From the NCBI GenBank assembly GCA_035637435.1, contig DASPXD010000149.1, positions 26,018 to 90,017 of the forward strand: a stretch of 64,000 bases of DNA. The letters run 5' to 3'. Below the pieces are notes generated by a model that was not told the DNA's origin, ran no database searches, and was given only the letters and a program-made list of their open reading frames with translations. Below are positions 1-8,146 of this stretch, in pieces. The translations under genes and the position numbers were made by a program. The stretch comes from Gemmatimonadales bacterium. GTDB lineage: Bacteria; Gemmatimonadota; Gemmatimonadetes; Gemmatimonadales; GWC2-71-9. Within the stretch, counting starts at the first letter, position 1. Each line of letters opens with the position of its first letter.

Positions 1-35
1 CCACGGCGGCGACCTTTGCCGCCGTCCGCCGGCAG

Positions 36-1094
36 GTGGACTCCGCGATCGCGCTACGGTCCGAGAAGATCGGTTTCGACGCCTATCTCACGTTCGAACA
101 GGTCGAGACGGAGGTGCGCGCGAAGAACGCCGGGCTTGCCGGCGAGCTGGAGACGACGTTCGCGTGGCTGCGCACGCGCGTGGCGCGCGCCGATGACGCG
201 GAGCGCCATGCCATTCGCGAGCGGCTGCTGGCCGGACTCGAGCGCGCCGAGCGTGTCGTCGCCGACCGCCCGTCGTCGATGAGCCTGTTCGTGGCGTCGT
301 TCTTTCTGCTTGTGCGGGAGGGTTTCGAAGCCATCCTCATTGTCGCGGCACTGATGACCTTTCTCACCAAAGCGAGTGCGACGGACCGGCGCCGCGATGT
401 CGCGCGGGGAGCCTGGCTCGCGGTCGCAGCGAGTCTCCTCACCTGGGTACTGGTCGAGCTGCTGTTTCAGGTGACGCCGGGACAGCGCGAGACGATCGAA
501 GGCGGCACGATGCTGCTCGCGGCGGCGGTGCTCTTTTACGTCAGCTACTGGCTGCTGTCCAAGATCGAAGCCGCCAAGTGGACCGCGTTCGTGCACGGCA
601 AGATGCAGAGCGCCCTGTCCTCCGGTTCGGGGATGGCGTTGAGCGCCGTCGCATTCCTCGCCGTCTATCGCGAAGGATTCGAGACGATCCTCTTCTACAA
701 GGCGCTGTTCACGTCGGCGGGCCCCAGCAGCGTATCGGTCATCGGGGGAATTGCCGCCGGCTCCGTCGGGCTGGTCGCCGTTTACCTGATCATCAATCAG
801 CTGGGGCTGCGCGTGGCGATGAAGCCGTTCTTCGCCGTGACGGGCGTGATGCTGTACTACATGGCATTCGTCTTCGCGGGGAAGGGCATCGCCGAATTGC
901 AGGAAGCGCGGATCATTCCGCTGACGGTGATCGAGGCCGCGCCGCGCATTCCAGTGCTCGGCATCTACCCGACGCTCGAATCATTGCTGGTACAGGGACT
1001 GCTGCTGGCGCTGGCGCTCGTTGCCGCCGGATGGAGCCTGCGGCCCAAGTCCTCAGGACGAGGCGCGGAGCGGGACCTGCTTCGGTCGCAATGA
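36..1094 (+). CDS. FTR1/EfeU-family high-affinity iron permease; the frame stays open back to nt 3, so the true N-terminus may lie upstream of the window
   Basis: Two REGFE motifs (REGFEAILIV, REGFETILFY) and several hydrophobic helices. GTG 36 is only the first in-window start. Confidence 0.75.
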   Translation: MDSAIALRSEKIGFDAYLTFEQVETEVRAKNAGLAGELETTFAWLRTRVARADDAERHAIRERLLAGLERAERVVADRPSSMSLFVASFFLLVREGFEAILIVAALMTFLTKASATDRRRDVARGAWLAVAASLLTWVLVELLFQVTPGQRETIEGGTMLLAAAVLFYVSYWLLSKIEAAKWTAFVHGKMQSALSSGSGMALSAVAFLAVYREGFETILFYKALFTSAGPSSVSVIGGIAAGSVGLVAVYLIINQLGLRVAMKPFFAVTGVMLYYMAFVFAGKGIAELQEARIIPLTVIEAAPRIPVLGIYPTLESLLVQGLLLALALVAAGWSLRPKSSGRGAERDLLRSQ

Positions 1095-1904
1095 CTCCGG
1101 CAGCGGCTGCGGTCCCGCAGGCGCGCGCCACATGTACAGCAGAGTCCCGCCGACGAGTATCAGGAGGACGCTGGTCGCCTGGGCCAGCGTAAACGGTCCC
1201 AGAATCCGGTCGTCCTTCGCCCGCAGGAACTCCACCAGAAACCGCTCGGCACCGCCCAGCACCATGTACCAGGCAAACAACCACCCGATCGCGTGACCAT
1301 GATCGCGCTGTCGCCACAGCCACCAGAAGACGAGCAGCATCGCGATCGTTTCGTAGATCTCCGTCGGGTGAACCGCCACGAGCGACATCGGATCGGTTCC
1401 TGCCGGAAAGTGCACGCCCATCGTCTGGAGATTGGCGACGGTCGTGGGTGGCAACCCATTGGGGAATTTCATGGCCCAGGGGACGGTGCTGGGAATACCG
1501 TAGTCATCGTTTACGACGAAGCAGCCGACCCGGCCCAAGGCATAGCCGAGCGCGAGCGGCGCGGCACAGAGCTCGGCGGTGAACCGCCCCGGCACGCGCC
1601 GCCGCCAGCCGTTGAGCAAGATGCCGAGCATCGCGCCGAGGAAGCCGCCGTACCAGACGAAGCCGCCACGGCGGAACAGCGCGTCCGCTTCGCCCGTGAG
1701 AAACACGTACCACAGCTTGGCGCCGACGAGGCCGCCGATGACGCTGGCGATCACGATGTCGGCGGCGTAATCCTCGTCCAGGCCGCGCTGGCGCAGGTCG
1801 AGCTGAATCGCCCAACCGGCCATCAGAAATGCGACCATCATCATCAGCCCGTAGCCCGTCAGCTCGAGCGGTCCGAGATGCAGCACGAACGGATAGACGG
1901 TCAT
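1053..1904 (-). CDS. lgt: Phosphatidylglycerol:prolipoprotein diacylglyceryl transferase
   Basis: 283-aa polytopic membrane protein with MTVYPFVLHLGPLELTGYGLMMMVAF N-terminus and a GRVGCFVVNDDYG block. Its ATG overlaps the tsaD stop (ATGA). Confidence 0.9.
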   Translation of the reverse strand: MTVYPFVLHLGPLELTGYGLMMMVAFLMAGWAIQLDLRQRGLDEDYAADIVIASVIGGLVGAKLWYVFLTGEADALFRRGGFVWYGGFLGAMLGILLNGWRRRVPGRFTAELCAAPLALGYALGRVGCFVVNDDYGIPSTVPWAMKFPNGLPPTTVANLQTMGVHFPAGTDPMSLVAVHPTEIYETIAMLLVFWWLWRQRDHGHAIGWLFAWYMVLGGAERFLVEFLRAKDDRILGPFTLAQATSVLLILVGGTLLYMWRAPAGPQPLPESLRPKQVPLRASS

Positions 1905-2950
1905 GGGAAGGCCGTGCGTCGTGCGTCGTGCGTCGGTTGAGTCATCTCGAGTCCCGGAAGGGGGAGGTCGGCCCGCGCGTCGAGCGTCCAGTCGCTACGC
2001 TCGCCGAGCCGCAGGCGATGCCAACCGGCGCGCGCGATCATCGCGGCGTTGTCGGCGTTGAGCCGCGGGCTCGCCACGGCCACGCGCGCGACGCCCGCCC
2101 CCCCCAGGCGCTCGGCGGCGCGGGCCGACAGCGCGCGGCTGCACGCGACCCCTCCGCCCAGGACGGCGGTGGAATAGCCGGTCGCGCGCACGGCCCGCTC
2201 CAGCTTGGTGACGAGCACGTCGAGGACGGCATCCTGAAAGCCACGGGCGATATGCGCGCGATCTCTGTCCAGATCGTCCGACGCGCGCACCGCATGCAGC
2301 ACGGCGGTCTTGAGTCCGGAAAACGAGAACTCGAAACCCTCGGCGATCATGGGACGAGGGAAGCTGAAGCGGCTGGGGTCGCCTTCCTGCGCGAGGCGCT
2401 CGATCGCAGGGCCACCCGGATATCCGAGCCCGAGCAGCGTCGCGACCTTGTCGAACGCCTCACCGGCTGCGTCGTCGCGCGTTTCGCCCAACAGGCGGTA
2501 GCGGCCCCAGGCGGGGACGTCGAGCAGCAGCGTATGACCACCGGAGACCAGCAGCGCCACAAACGGCGGCGCGAGGTCACGGTCTTCGACTGCCGGCGCG
2601 AACAAGTGACCTTCCATGTGGTGCACGCCGATGAGCGCCCGATTGCCGGCATACGCGAACGATTTCGCGTAGACCACGCCGACGAGCAGCGCGCCCGCCA
2701 GTCCCGGTCCGGCGGTTACGGCCACCGCGTCGATCGCTGACGGCGCGAGGCCCGCCTCCGCCACGGCGCGATCCACCACCGCCGGGAGCGCGGCGAGGTG
2801 CGCCCGGCTCGCCAGCTCCGGTACGACGCCGCCGAAGACTTTGTGGATGTCCTGCGACAGAATGACGAGGCTCGCGAGCTCACCGCCGACCAGCACTGCG
2901 GCGGACGTCTCGTCGCACGACGTCTCGATGCCGAGGACGGCGTCAGCCAC
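1901..2950 (-). CDS. tsaD: tRNA N6-adenosine threonylcarbamoyltransferase
   Basis: LGIETSCDETSAAV N-terminal motif and GVHHMEGH metal site. The 399-aa ORF is trimmed to GTG 2950 because its Arg/Pro-rich leader overlaps the upstream gene. Confidence 0.9.
   Translation of the reverse strand: MADAVLGIETSCDETSAAVLVGGELASLVILSQDIHKVFGGVVPELASRAHLAALPAVVDRAVAEAGLAPSAIDAVAVTAGPGLAGALLVGVVYAKSFAYAGNRALIGVHHMEGHLFAPAVEDRDLAPPFVALLVSGGHTLLLDVPAWGRYRLLGETRDDAAGEAFDKVATLLGLGYPGGPAIERLAQEGDPSRFSFPRPMIAEGFEFSFSGLKTAVLHAVRASDDLDRDRAHIARGFQDAVLDVLVTKLERAVRATGYSTAVLGGGVACSRALSARAAERLGGAGVARVAVASPRLNADNAAMIARAGWHRLRLGERSDWTLDARADLPLPGLEMTQPTHDARRTAFP
1913..1933. repeat. (CGTGCGT)x3 heptamer array inside the last codons of tsaD, 9 nt upstream of the lgt start
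   Basis: Direct reading: cgtgcgt cgtgcgt cgtgcgt. The same 21-mer occurs at 4576-4596. Confidence 0.9.
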
Positions 2951-3893
2951 GACGGCGCGGGACTGGAGGCGTGGCGCGCCGCCGCAGCGTGACCGAGTCG
3001 GGTATCGCGCGGGCGGTGATGCCGCGGGGCGCGATGACGGTGATCCGCGCCACGCCGCCGCTCGATCCGGTGATGTGGGCGACCACGCGCAGCGAGTCAC
3101 GCGTCAGGGCCTGCACGCGCTCTTCAGGGCCGCGGACGGCGACGGACACGCGTGCCGGTGTGACGATGAAGCTCGTGATGGCACCGGCGCCCGTCTCGAC
3201 CGGAATCCCGCCGAACGAGCGCTCCGCGATGGTCCCCATCTCGCCGGTGACCGTTACCTGCTTGGGCGACAGCCGCACGATGCCGAGCGGCATCGTGTCG
3301 ATGGGCACGTTGCGCGTGAACCCGCCCGCTACACTCGTGATTTCCATCGGCACGGTGGTCACCGAGTCGATCGTAGCGAGACTCTTCTCCGGCCCCACGA
3401 GGCGCGCCGTCGTGGGCGTCATCGAGAGCCCACCGTGCAGAAACTGGCCCGACTCGGGCGTCACGGTCACGAGCGAGACGATGCGCACTTCTTTGCGCGC
3501 CACGCTGTCGAGCGCGAGCGTGATCTCGCTGGGGCGGACCTCCATCACACGCACGTCCGCGCCTTTCGGCAGCGCCAGCTCGACCTCCGTCGGGTCGAGG
3601 TGGATCGTGTAGGTGGATGCCGTGAGGGTGTCGGGGACCCGCCGCGTGATGTCGCCGGCGAGCGAGCGCAGCTTCAGGATCTGGCTGCCCTTGCCGGAGA
3701 TCTGGACGCGGACCTTGGGCGGCTTGTGGACCAGCGCGCGGCCCGGCGGCAGCTGGAGGTTGAGCGTGACGTCGAAGCTCGTGGTCACCGGCTGCTGCAG
3801 CTGCACCGCCACGTAGAGCATCAGCGCGAGAAACAGCGCGGCGCCTTTGATGGGCCAGTTACGGGTGATCAGCTGGAGCAGGCTAGCGCGCAT
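2943..3893 (-). CDS. YbbR-like (CdaR-type) membrane-anchored repeat protein
   Basis: N-terminal anchor (GAALFLALMLYVAVQL) followed by repeated beta-rich segments. The family resemblance was judged by eye only. Confidence 0.6.
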   Translation of the reverse strand: MRASLLQLITRNWPIKGAALFLALMLYVAVQLQQPVTTSFDVTLNLQLPPGRALVHKPPKVRVQISGKGSQILKLRSLAGDITRRVPDTLTASTYTIHLDPTEVELALPKGADVRVMEVRPSEITLALDSVARKEVRIVSLVTVTPESGQFLHGGLSMTPTTARLVGPEKSLATIDSVTTVPMEITSVAGGFTRNVPIDTMPLGIVRLSPKQVTVTGEMGTIAERSFGGIPVETGAGAITSFIVTPARVSVAVRGPEERVQALTRDSLRVVAHITGSSGGVARITVIAPRGITARAIPDSVTLRRRATPPVPRRRG

Positions 3894-4419
3894 CGAGCAG
3901 CCGGCGGATCAGGTTCTCGTTGACCGGCGCATCCCAATCGGCCGCGCCGATGACCTTCTTGACGATCACGCCGTCGCGATCGATGACGAAGCTCTCGGGG
4001 ACTCCAGTGGTCTGATAGATCTGGCGGATCGATCCGTCGCGATCGTGCAGGATCTCGAACGTCAGCCCCAGATCCTTCACGAACTTGTTCACCACGGTCG
4101 AGTCCTCTTCATCGACGCTCACCCCGACGAGCCGGAAATCGGTGCCGGCGAGCTTGCGATGCAGGTGTTCCATCGACGGCATTTCGACCTTGCAGGGTGC
4201 GCACCACGTCGCCCAGATGTTGAGTAGCACGACCTTGCCGCGATAATCCTCGATGCTCGCCGGCCGGCCCGTCGGGAGCTGCACGGCGTCGAAGTCGGGC
4301 GCCGCGGATCCCACCTCGAGCAGATTGAGCTGCGGCCGCAGCTTGATGGCGAGCGCGACGCCGAACACTGCCGTCATCACGACGCTGGCGATCAGCGTCC
4401 ATTGTTGCCGGTTCGTCAT
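3883..4419 (-). CDS. TlpA/ResA-like membrane-anchored thiol:disulfide oxidoreductase
   Basis: Signal anchor plus thioredoxin motif WATWCAPCKVEMP. Confidence 0.8.
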   Translation of the reverse strand: MTNRQQWTLIASVVMTAVFGVALAIKLRPQLNLLEVGSAAPDFDAVQLPTGRPASIEDYRGKVVLLNIWATWCAPCKVEMPSMEHLHRKLAGTDFRLVGVSVDEEDSTVVNKFVKDLGLTFEILHDRDGSIRQIYQTTGVPESFVIDRDGVIVKKVIGAADWDAPVNENLIRRLLDAR

Positions 4420-5090
4420 ACGCTCACCATGCAGCGCCGGCGCAGCTCCTGCACCTCGCGGCCGGGATCAGCGCTGCCGAACACGGCGTTGCCCGCGACG
4501 AATGTGTCGGCGCCGGCCTGATGTGCGGCTGCGATCGTCTGACGCGTAATCCCACCATCGACCTCTAGGAAAAAGCGTGCGTCGTGCGTCGTGCGTAGTA
4601 CGTGGGCGCGCTGGATCTTGTCGTTCGATCCCGGAAGGTAACTCTGTCCACCGAATCCGGGATTGACCGTCATAATCAACAACAAATCGAGATCCCGGAT
4701 CACCTCTGCGGCATGCGCGAGCGGCGTGGCGGGATTGAGCACGAGGCCCGCCATCATGCCGGCTTTCTTTACGGCATCGAGTTGCCGCTGCACGTGAATT
4801 GTGGCTTCGGGATGGAACGAGAACACGGATGCCCCCGCGGCCGCAAACGATTCGATGTAGTCCTCGGGCTCGACCACCATGAGGTGCACGTCGATCGGCT
4901 TGTCGGTCAGCTTGCGCAGCGCCTCGACCATGTTGGCGCCGAACGTGATGTTGGGGACAAAGCGCCCGTCCATGACGTCCACGTGGAGCCAGTCGGCGCC
5001 CGCTTCCAGCACTTGCTCGACCTGCTCCCGCAGACGCGCCAAATCAGCTGATAACACGCTCGGCGCGATGCGGATGCCTCCGTTGGTCAT
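4416..5090 (-). CDS. rpe: Ribulose-phosphate 3-epimerase
   Basis: IAPSVLSADLARL, HVDVMDGRFVPNITFG, MTVNPGFGGQ and EVDGGI blocks. Confidence 0.92.
   Translation of the reverse strand: MTNGGIRIAPSVLSADLARLREQVEQVLEAGADWLHVDVMDGRFVPNITFGANMVEALRKLTDKPIDVHLMVVEPEDYIESFAAAGASVFSFHPEATIHVQRQLDAVKKAGMMAGLVLNPATPLAHAAEVIRDLDLLLIMTVNPGFGGQSYLPGSNDKIQRAHVLRTTHDARFFLEVDGGITRQTIAAAHQAGADTFVAGNAVFGSADPGREVQELRRRCMVSV
4576..4596. repeat. (CGTGCGT)x3 heptamer array in-frame inside rpe
   Basis: Identical 21-mer to 1913-1933. Encodes RTTHDAR in Rpe. Confidence 0.9.
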
Positions 5091-5845
5091 TGCGGACTCC
5101 GAGCCACGATGATGTCCACCACCGTGCCGGGCGCCGCCAGCGTCCCGGCTGCGGGAGTCTGCGCCACGACCGTGCCGGGCGATGCTTCACTCGTGCGCCG
5201 CCGCGTCACGGTCCCCAGTTGCAGCCCTTCCATTTCGAGCCGCGTCCGTGCGTCCGCGGAGGCCATGCCGAGCAGATCGGGAATCGGGATCGTCGGCGCG
5301 CCGCGGCTCACGACCACCGTCAGCCCGGCGCCGGGTGCCAGCGCCGTTCCCGCCGGCGGCCGCGTCATCATCGCGAGGCCGGTGGGCGAGGCCGCCTGCA
5401 CCGACTCCACCTGACTCACCACCAATCCCGCCGACGCGATGAGCGATTGCGCGAGCCCCGCGTCGAGGTTGGCGACATCCGGCACCGGAATCTTGGATGG
5501 GCCGGCGCTCGACACCAGAGTCACCTTCGTTCCTTCAGGCGCGATGACGCCCGGCGGCGGATCCTGCCAGATCACGATCCCCGCCGGGGCGGTCGGATGG
5601 GGTTCGGCGCCGCCCTCCGCGGTCTGCAGCTTCGCCGTCTGGATTTCGCTCTGCGCTTCGGCCAGCGTCAGGCCGAGCACCCGCGGCACGACCTGGTGAC
5701 CGGGGAGAATCGCCGCGGGAAACAGCACGAGGTACGCCGTGAGATAACCAGCGACGACGGCGCCGGTACCGATGGCGACCCACTTCCAGAATCGGGGAGT
5801 GACTTTGAAACCCTCAAGCGGCTCGAAGCGGCGGCGAACGCGCAT
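5087..5845 (-). CDS. Membrane-anchored protein with three PASTA repeats and no kinase or PBP domain
   Basis: One TM helix (WVAIGTGAVVAGYLTAYLVLF) then three repeats of about 65 aa (VPRVLGLTLAEAQSEI..., VPDVANLDAGLAQSLI..., IPDLLGMASADARTRL...). Confidence 0.75.
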   Translation of the reverse strand: MRVRRRFEPLEGFKVTPRFWKWVAIGTGAVVAGYLTAYLVLFPAAILPGHQVVPRVLGLTLAEAQSEIQTAKLQTAEGGAEPHPTAPAGIVIWQDPPPGVIAPEGTKVTLVSSAGPSKIPVPDVANLDAGLAQSLIASAGLVVSQVESVQAASPTGLAMMTRPPAGTALAPGAGLTVVVSRGAPTIPIPDLLGMASADARTRLEMEGLQLGTVTRRRTSEASPGTVVAQTPAAGTLAAPGTVVDIIVARSPQ

Positions 5846-7062
5846 CAGGAAGCCCCCCCCCCCTCCCGCAACAGGCGCGCGGCGTAGGCGCCGTCGATCC
5901 CGTGGCGTTGCGGCAGCGACTGGAAGTCGCCCGCGGCCGTCAGCAGCTCGGCGGGCACCGCATCGCTGCTCGCCCTGGAGAAATCAGCATGCCGGCTCAG
6001 AAAATTCTCCACGACGCTTTCATTTTCCTCCGGCTCGAGCGAGCAGGTCGCATAGATGAGCAGCCCTCCCGGCCGCACGAGCGGCGCGGCTGCCTGGAGC
6101 AGGCGCAACTGCCGCGCCGCGGCCCGCGCAAACACCGCGGGGTGGAGACGCCAGCGTGCGTCGGGATGCCGCCGCATCGTGCCCGTCGCGCTGCACGGCG
6201 CATCGACGAGCACCGCAGCGAGGCTGTCCTCGCGAATCGGCGCCGCCTCAAGATTGGCGGCGAGGCAGCGGATCGCCACTCCCGCGCGCCGAGTCGTCTC
6301 GGCGAGCCGCGCGAGCCGCTCCAGCCGCGCGTCGCCGGCGACGATCCGCGCGCCCGCAGCCTCGAGCGCCACCGCTTTCCCACCGGGCGCGGCGCAGGCG
6401 TCGTACACCTGATCGCCTGGCGGGATCGCCGCGAAGCGAGCGACGAGCGCGTGGGCGGGATCCTGGACGATCCATCCGCCCTCGGTGAAGCCCGGAAGAT
6501 CTGGGGGACGTGGGACGGGAGACGAGGGACGGGTGGAGTGCACCTCCAAGCCGGCGCCAAACGGAGCGCGCGTCGTCTCGACCCCCCGGGCCCTAAGTTC
6601 CTGCTCCAGACGTTCCAAACTCCAGCGCACCGCTTGGAGGATCAACGGCGGTCGCATGTCGTTCCATGCGATTAAGCGTTGAGTCTCCGAGTTTCCATAC
6701 CGAGCCATCCAACGCTTGATCAGCCAATCAGGATGTGTCGCCCCGTCCCGCGTCCCCCGTCCCCCGTCCCCATGAAGGTGCCTCAGAGCTCGGTTGACAT
6801 ACCCGGTGCTTTCCTCACCGACGGTCTCCCGGGCTAGCTCGACGGAAGTGGAGACAGCCGCATGAGACGGTACTCGCGTGAGCCAACGCAATTGGTAGGC
6901 GCCGAGTCGCAGGACGTCGTGCAGGCGGGGATCGGTGCGGCCCAGGTCGAGCGCGTCATCCAGCTCGCGTTGGCGGCGCAGCACGCCGGCCGACAGCTCG
7001 TACGCGAGGCGGCGGTCGCGCTCGGCGAGACCCGTGAGATGGCGGTCGCGCGCATCGGCCAA
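5845..7062 (-). CDS. rsmB: 16S rRNA (cytosine967-C5)-methyltransferase
   Basis: SAM motif DACAAPGGK and catalytic Cys motifs DAPCSATGT and YATCSLEPEENE. Confidence 0.9.
   Translation of the reverse strand: MADARDRHLTGLAERDRRLAYELSAGVLRRQRELDDALDLGRTDPRLHDVLRLGAYQLRWLTRVPSHAAVSTSVELARETVGEESTGYVNRALRHLHGDGGRGTRDGATHPDWLIKRWMARYGNSETQRLIAWNDMRPPLILQAVRWSLERLEQELRARGVETTRAPFGAGLEVHSTRPSSPVPRPPDLPGFTEGGWIVQDPAHALVARFAAIPPGDQVYDACAAPGGKAVALEAAGARIVAGDARLERLARLAETTRRAGVAIRCLAANLEAAPIREDSLAAVLVDAPCSATGTMRRHPDARWRLHPAVFARAAARQLRLLQAAAPLVRPGGLLIYATCSLEPEENESVVENFLSRHADFSRASSDAVPAELLTAAGDFQSLPQRHGIDGAYAARLLREGGGAS
6737..6771. repeat. (CGTCCCC)x4-5 heptamer array inside rsmB (GGGGACG on the coding strand)
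   Basis: gtcgccc cgtcccg cgtcccc cgtcccc cgtcccc. Encodes GDGGRGTRDG. Confidence 0.9.
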
Positions 7063-7126
7063 GGGCGCGCCGGCTCGGACCGCGCGCAGGATCTCCAGAG
7101 CCGCTCGCCGAGCGGCAGTTGCTTCC

Positions 7127-7924
7127 TTAATCCAGCATCCCCCGGGTGGGGGACGACGGCATCGCGACCTCGCGCCGCGGCATCCGGCCGGCGAGATACG
7201 CCGCGCGGCCCGCGATCGTGGCGAGCCGCATCGCCTGCGCCATCGAGACCGGATCCTGTGCGGCGGCGATCGCGGTGTTCATCAGGATCCCGTCCACGCC
7301 TTGCTCCATCGTGACGCACGCGTCGGACGCGGTGCCCACGCCGGCATCGACGATCACCGGCACGTGCAGCCGGCGCTTGATCGTCCGTACGCTGAATGGA
7401 TTCAACAGGCCGAGCCCGCTGCCGATCGGCGAGGCGAGCGGCATCACCGCCGCACAGCCGGCATCCTCGAGCCGCAGCGCGGTCACGAGATCCTCGTTGG
7501 TGTACGCCAGCACGTTGAATCCTTCCTGCACCAGCACCTTCGCCGCCTCGAGCAGCCCCGCTACATCGGGGAGGAGCGTCTCCTCGTCGCCGATCACCTC
7601 GAGCTTCACGAAGTCGTTGAACCCCGCCTCGCGCGCCAGCCGCGCGTAGCGGATCGCGTCGGCCGCGCTGTAGCAGCCGGCGGTGTTGGCGAGCAGGAAG
7701 ATCTTCTTGGGGTCGAGGAAGTGCAGGACGCTCGATTCCTTGGAGCGGTCGAGATTCACCCGGCGCACCGCGACGGTCACGACCTCGGCGCCCGACGCGT
7801 CGATCGCGCGCACCATCGTATCCATGTCGGGATACTTCCCGGTCCCGACCATCAGGCGCGACTGGAACGTCCGCCCGCCGATTTCGAGCGGAGTATCCCG
7901 GATTGTCTCAACTGCGGTAGTCAC
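7127..7924 (-). CDS. thiG: Thiazole synthase
   Basis: 265 aa with KLEVIGDEETLLPD, MPLASPIGSGLG and VIVDAGVGTASDA blocks. GTG start. Confidence 0.92.
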   Translation of the reverse strand: MTTAVETIRDTPLEIGGRTFQSRLMVGTGKYPDMDTMVRAIDASGAEVVTVAVRRVNLDRSKESSVLHFLDPKKIFLLANTAGCYSAADAIRYARLAREAGFNDFVKLEVIGDEETLLPDVAGLLEAAKVLVQEGFNVLAYTNEDLVTALRLEDAGCAAVMPLASPIGSGLGLLNPFSVRTIKRRLHVPVIVDAGVGTASDACVTMEQGVDGILMNTAIAAAQDPVSMAQAMRLATIAGRAAYLAGRMPRREVAMPSSPTRGMLD

Positions 7925-7953
7925 CCGTCCCCCGTCCCCCTTCCCTCATCCCC
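7925..7953. repeat. (CGTCCCC)-family heptamer array filling the thiS-thiG junction
   Basis: cgtcccc cgtcccc cttccct catcccc. It abuts the thiG GTG and covers the thiS stop. Confidence 0.85.
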
Positions 7954-8146
7954 CACCTACGAAATGCACCAGCTCGATCGCGTCCCCTTCGTTGACCTTC
8001 ACGTCGCCGAGCGCGGGTCGCCGCACAATACGACGATTGTGCTCGACAACGACTGCCCGCGGATCGAGCTCGAGCGCTTTCAGCAACTCGAGCAACGTCG
8101 CGCCGTGCGTCACCTGTTTGCGCTCTCCATTGATCACAACATCCAT
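7946..8146 (-). CDS. thiS: Sulfur-carrier protein ThiS
   Basis: 66 aa ending in VHFVGGG (C-terminal Gly-Gly). Start set at internal ATG 8146 because the longer ORF leader is Arg-rich and overlaps thiE. Confidence 0.75.
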   Translation of the reverse strand: MDVVINGERKQVTHGATLLELLKALELDPRAVVVEHNRRIVRRPALGDVKVNEGDAIELVHFVGGG

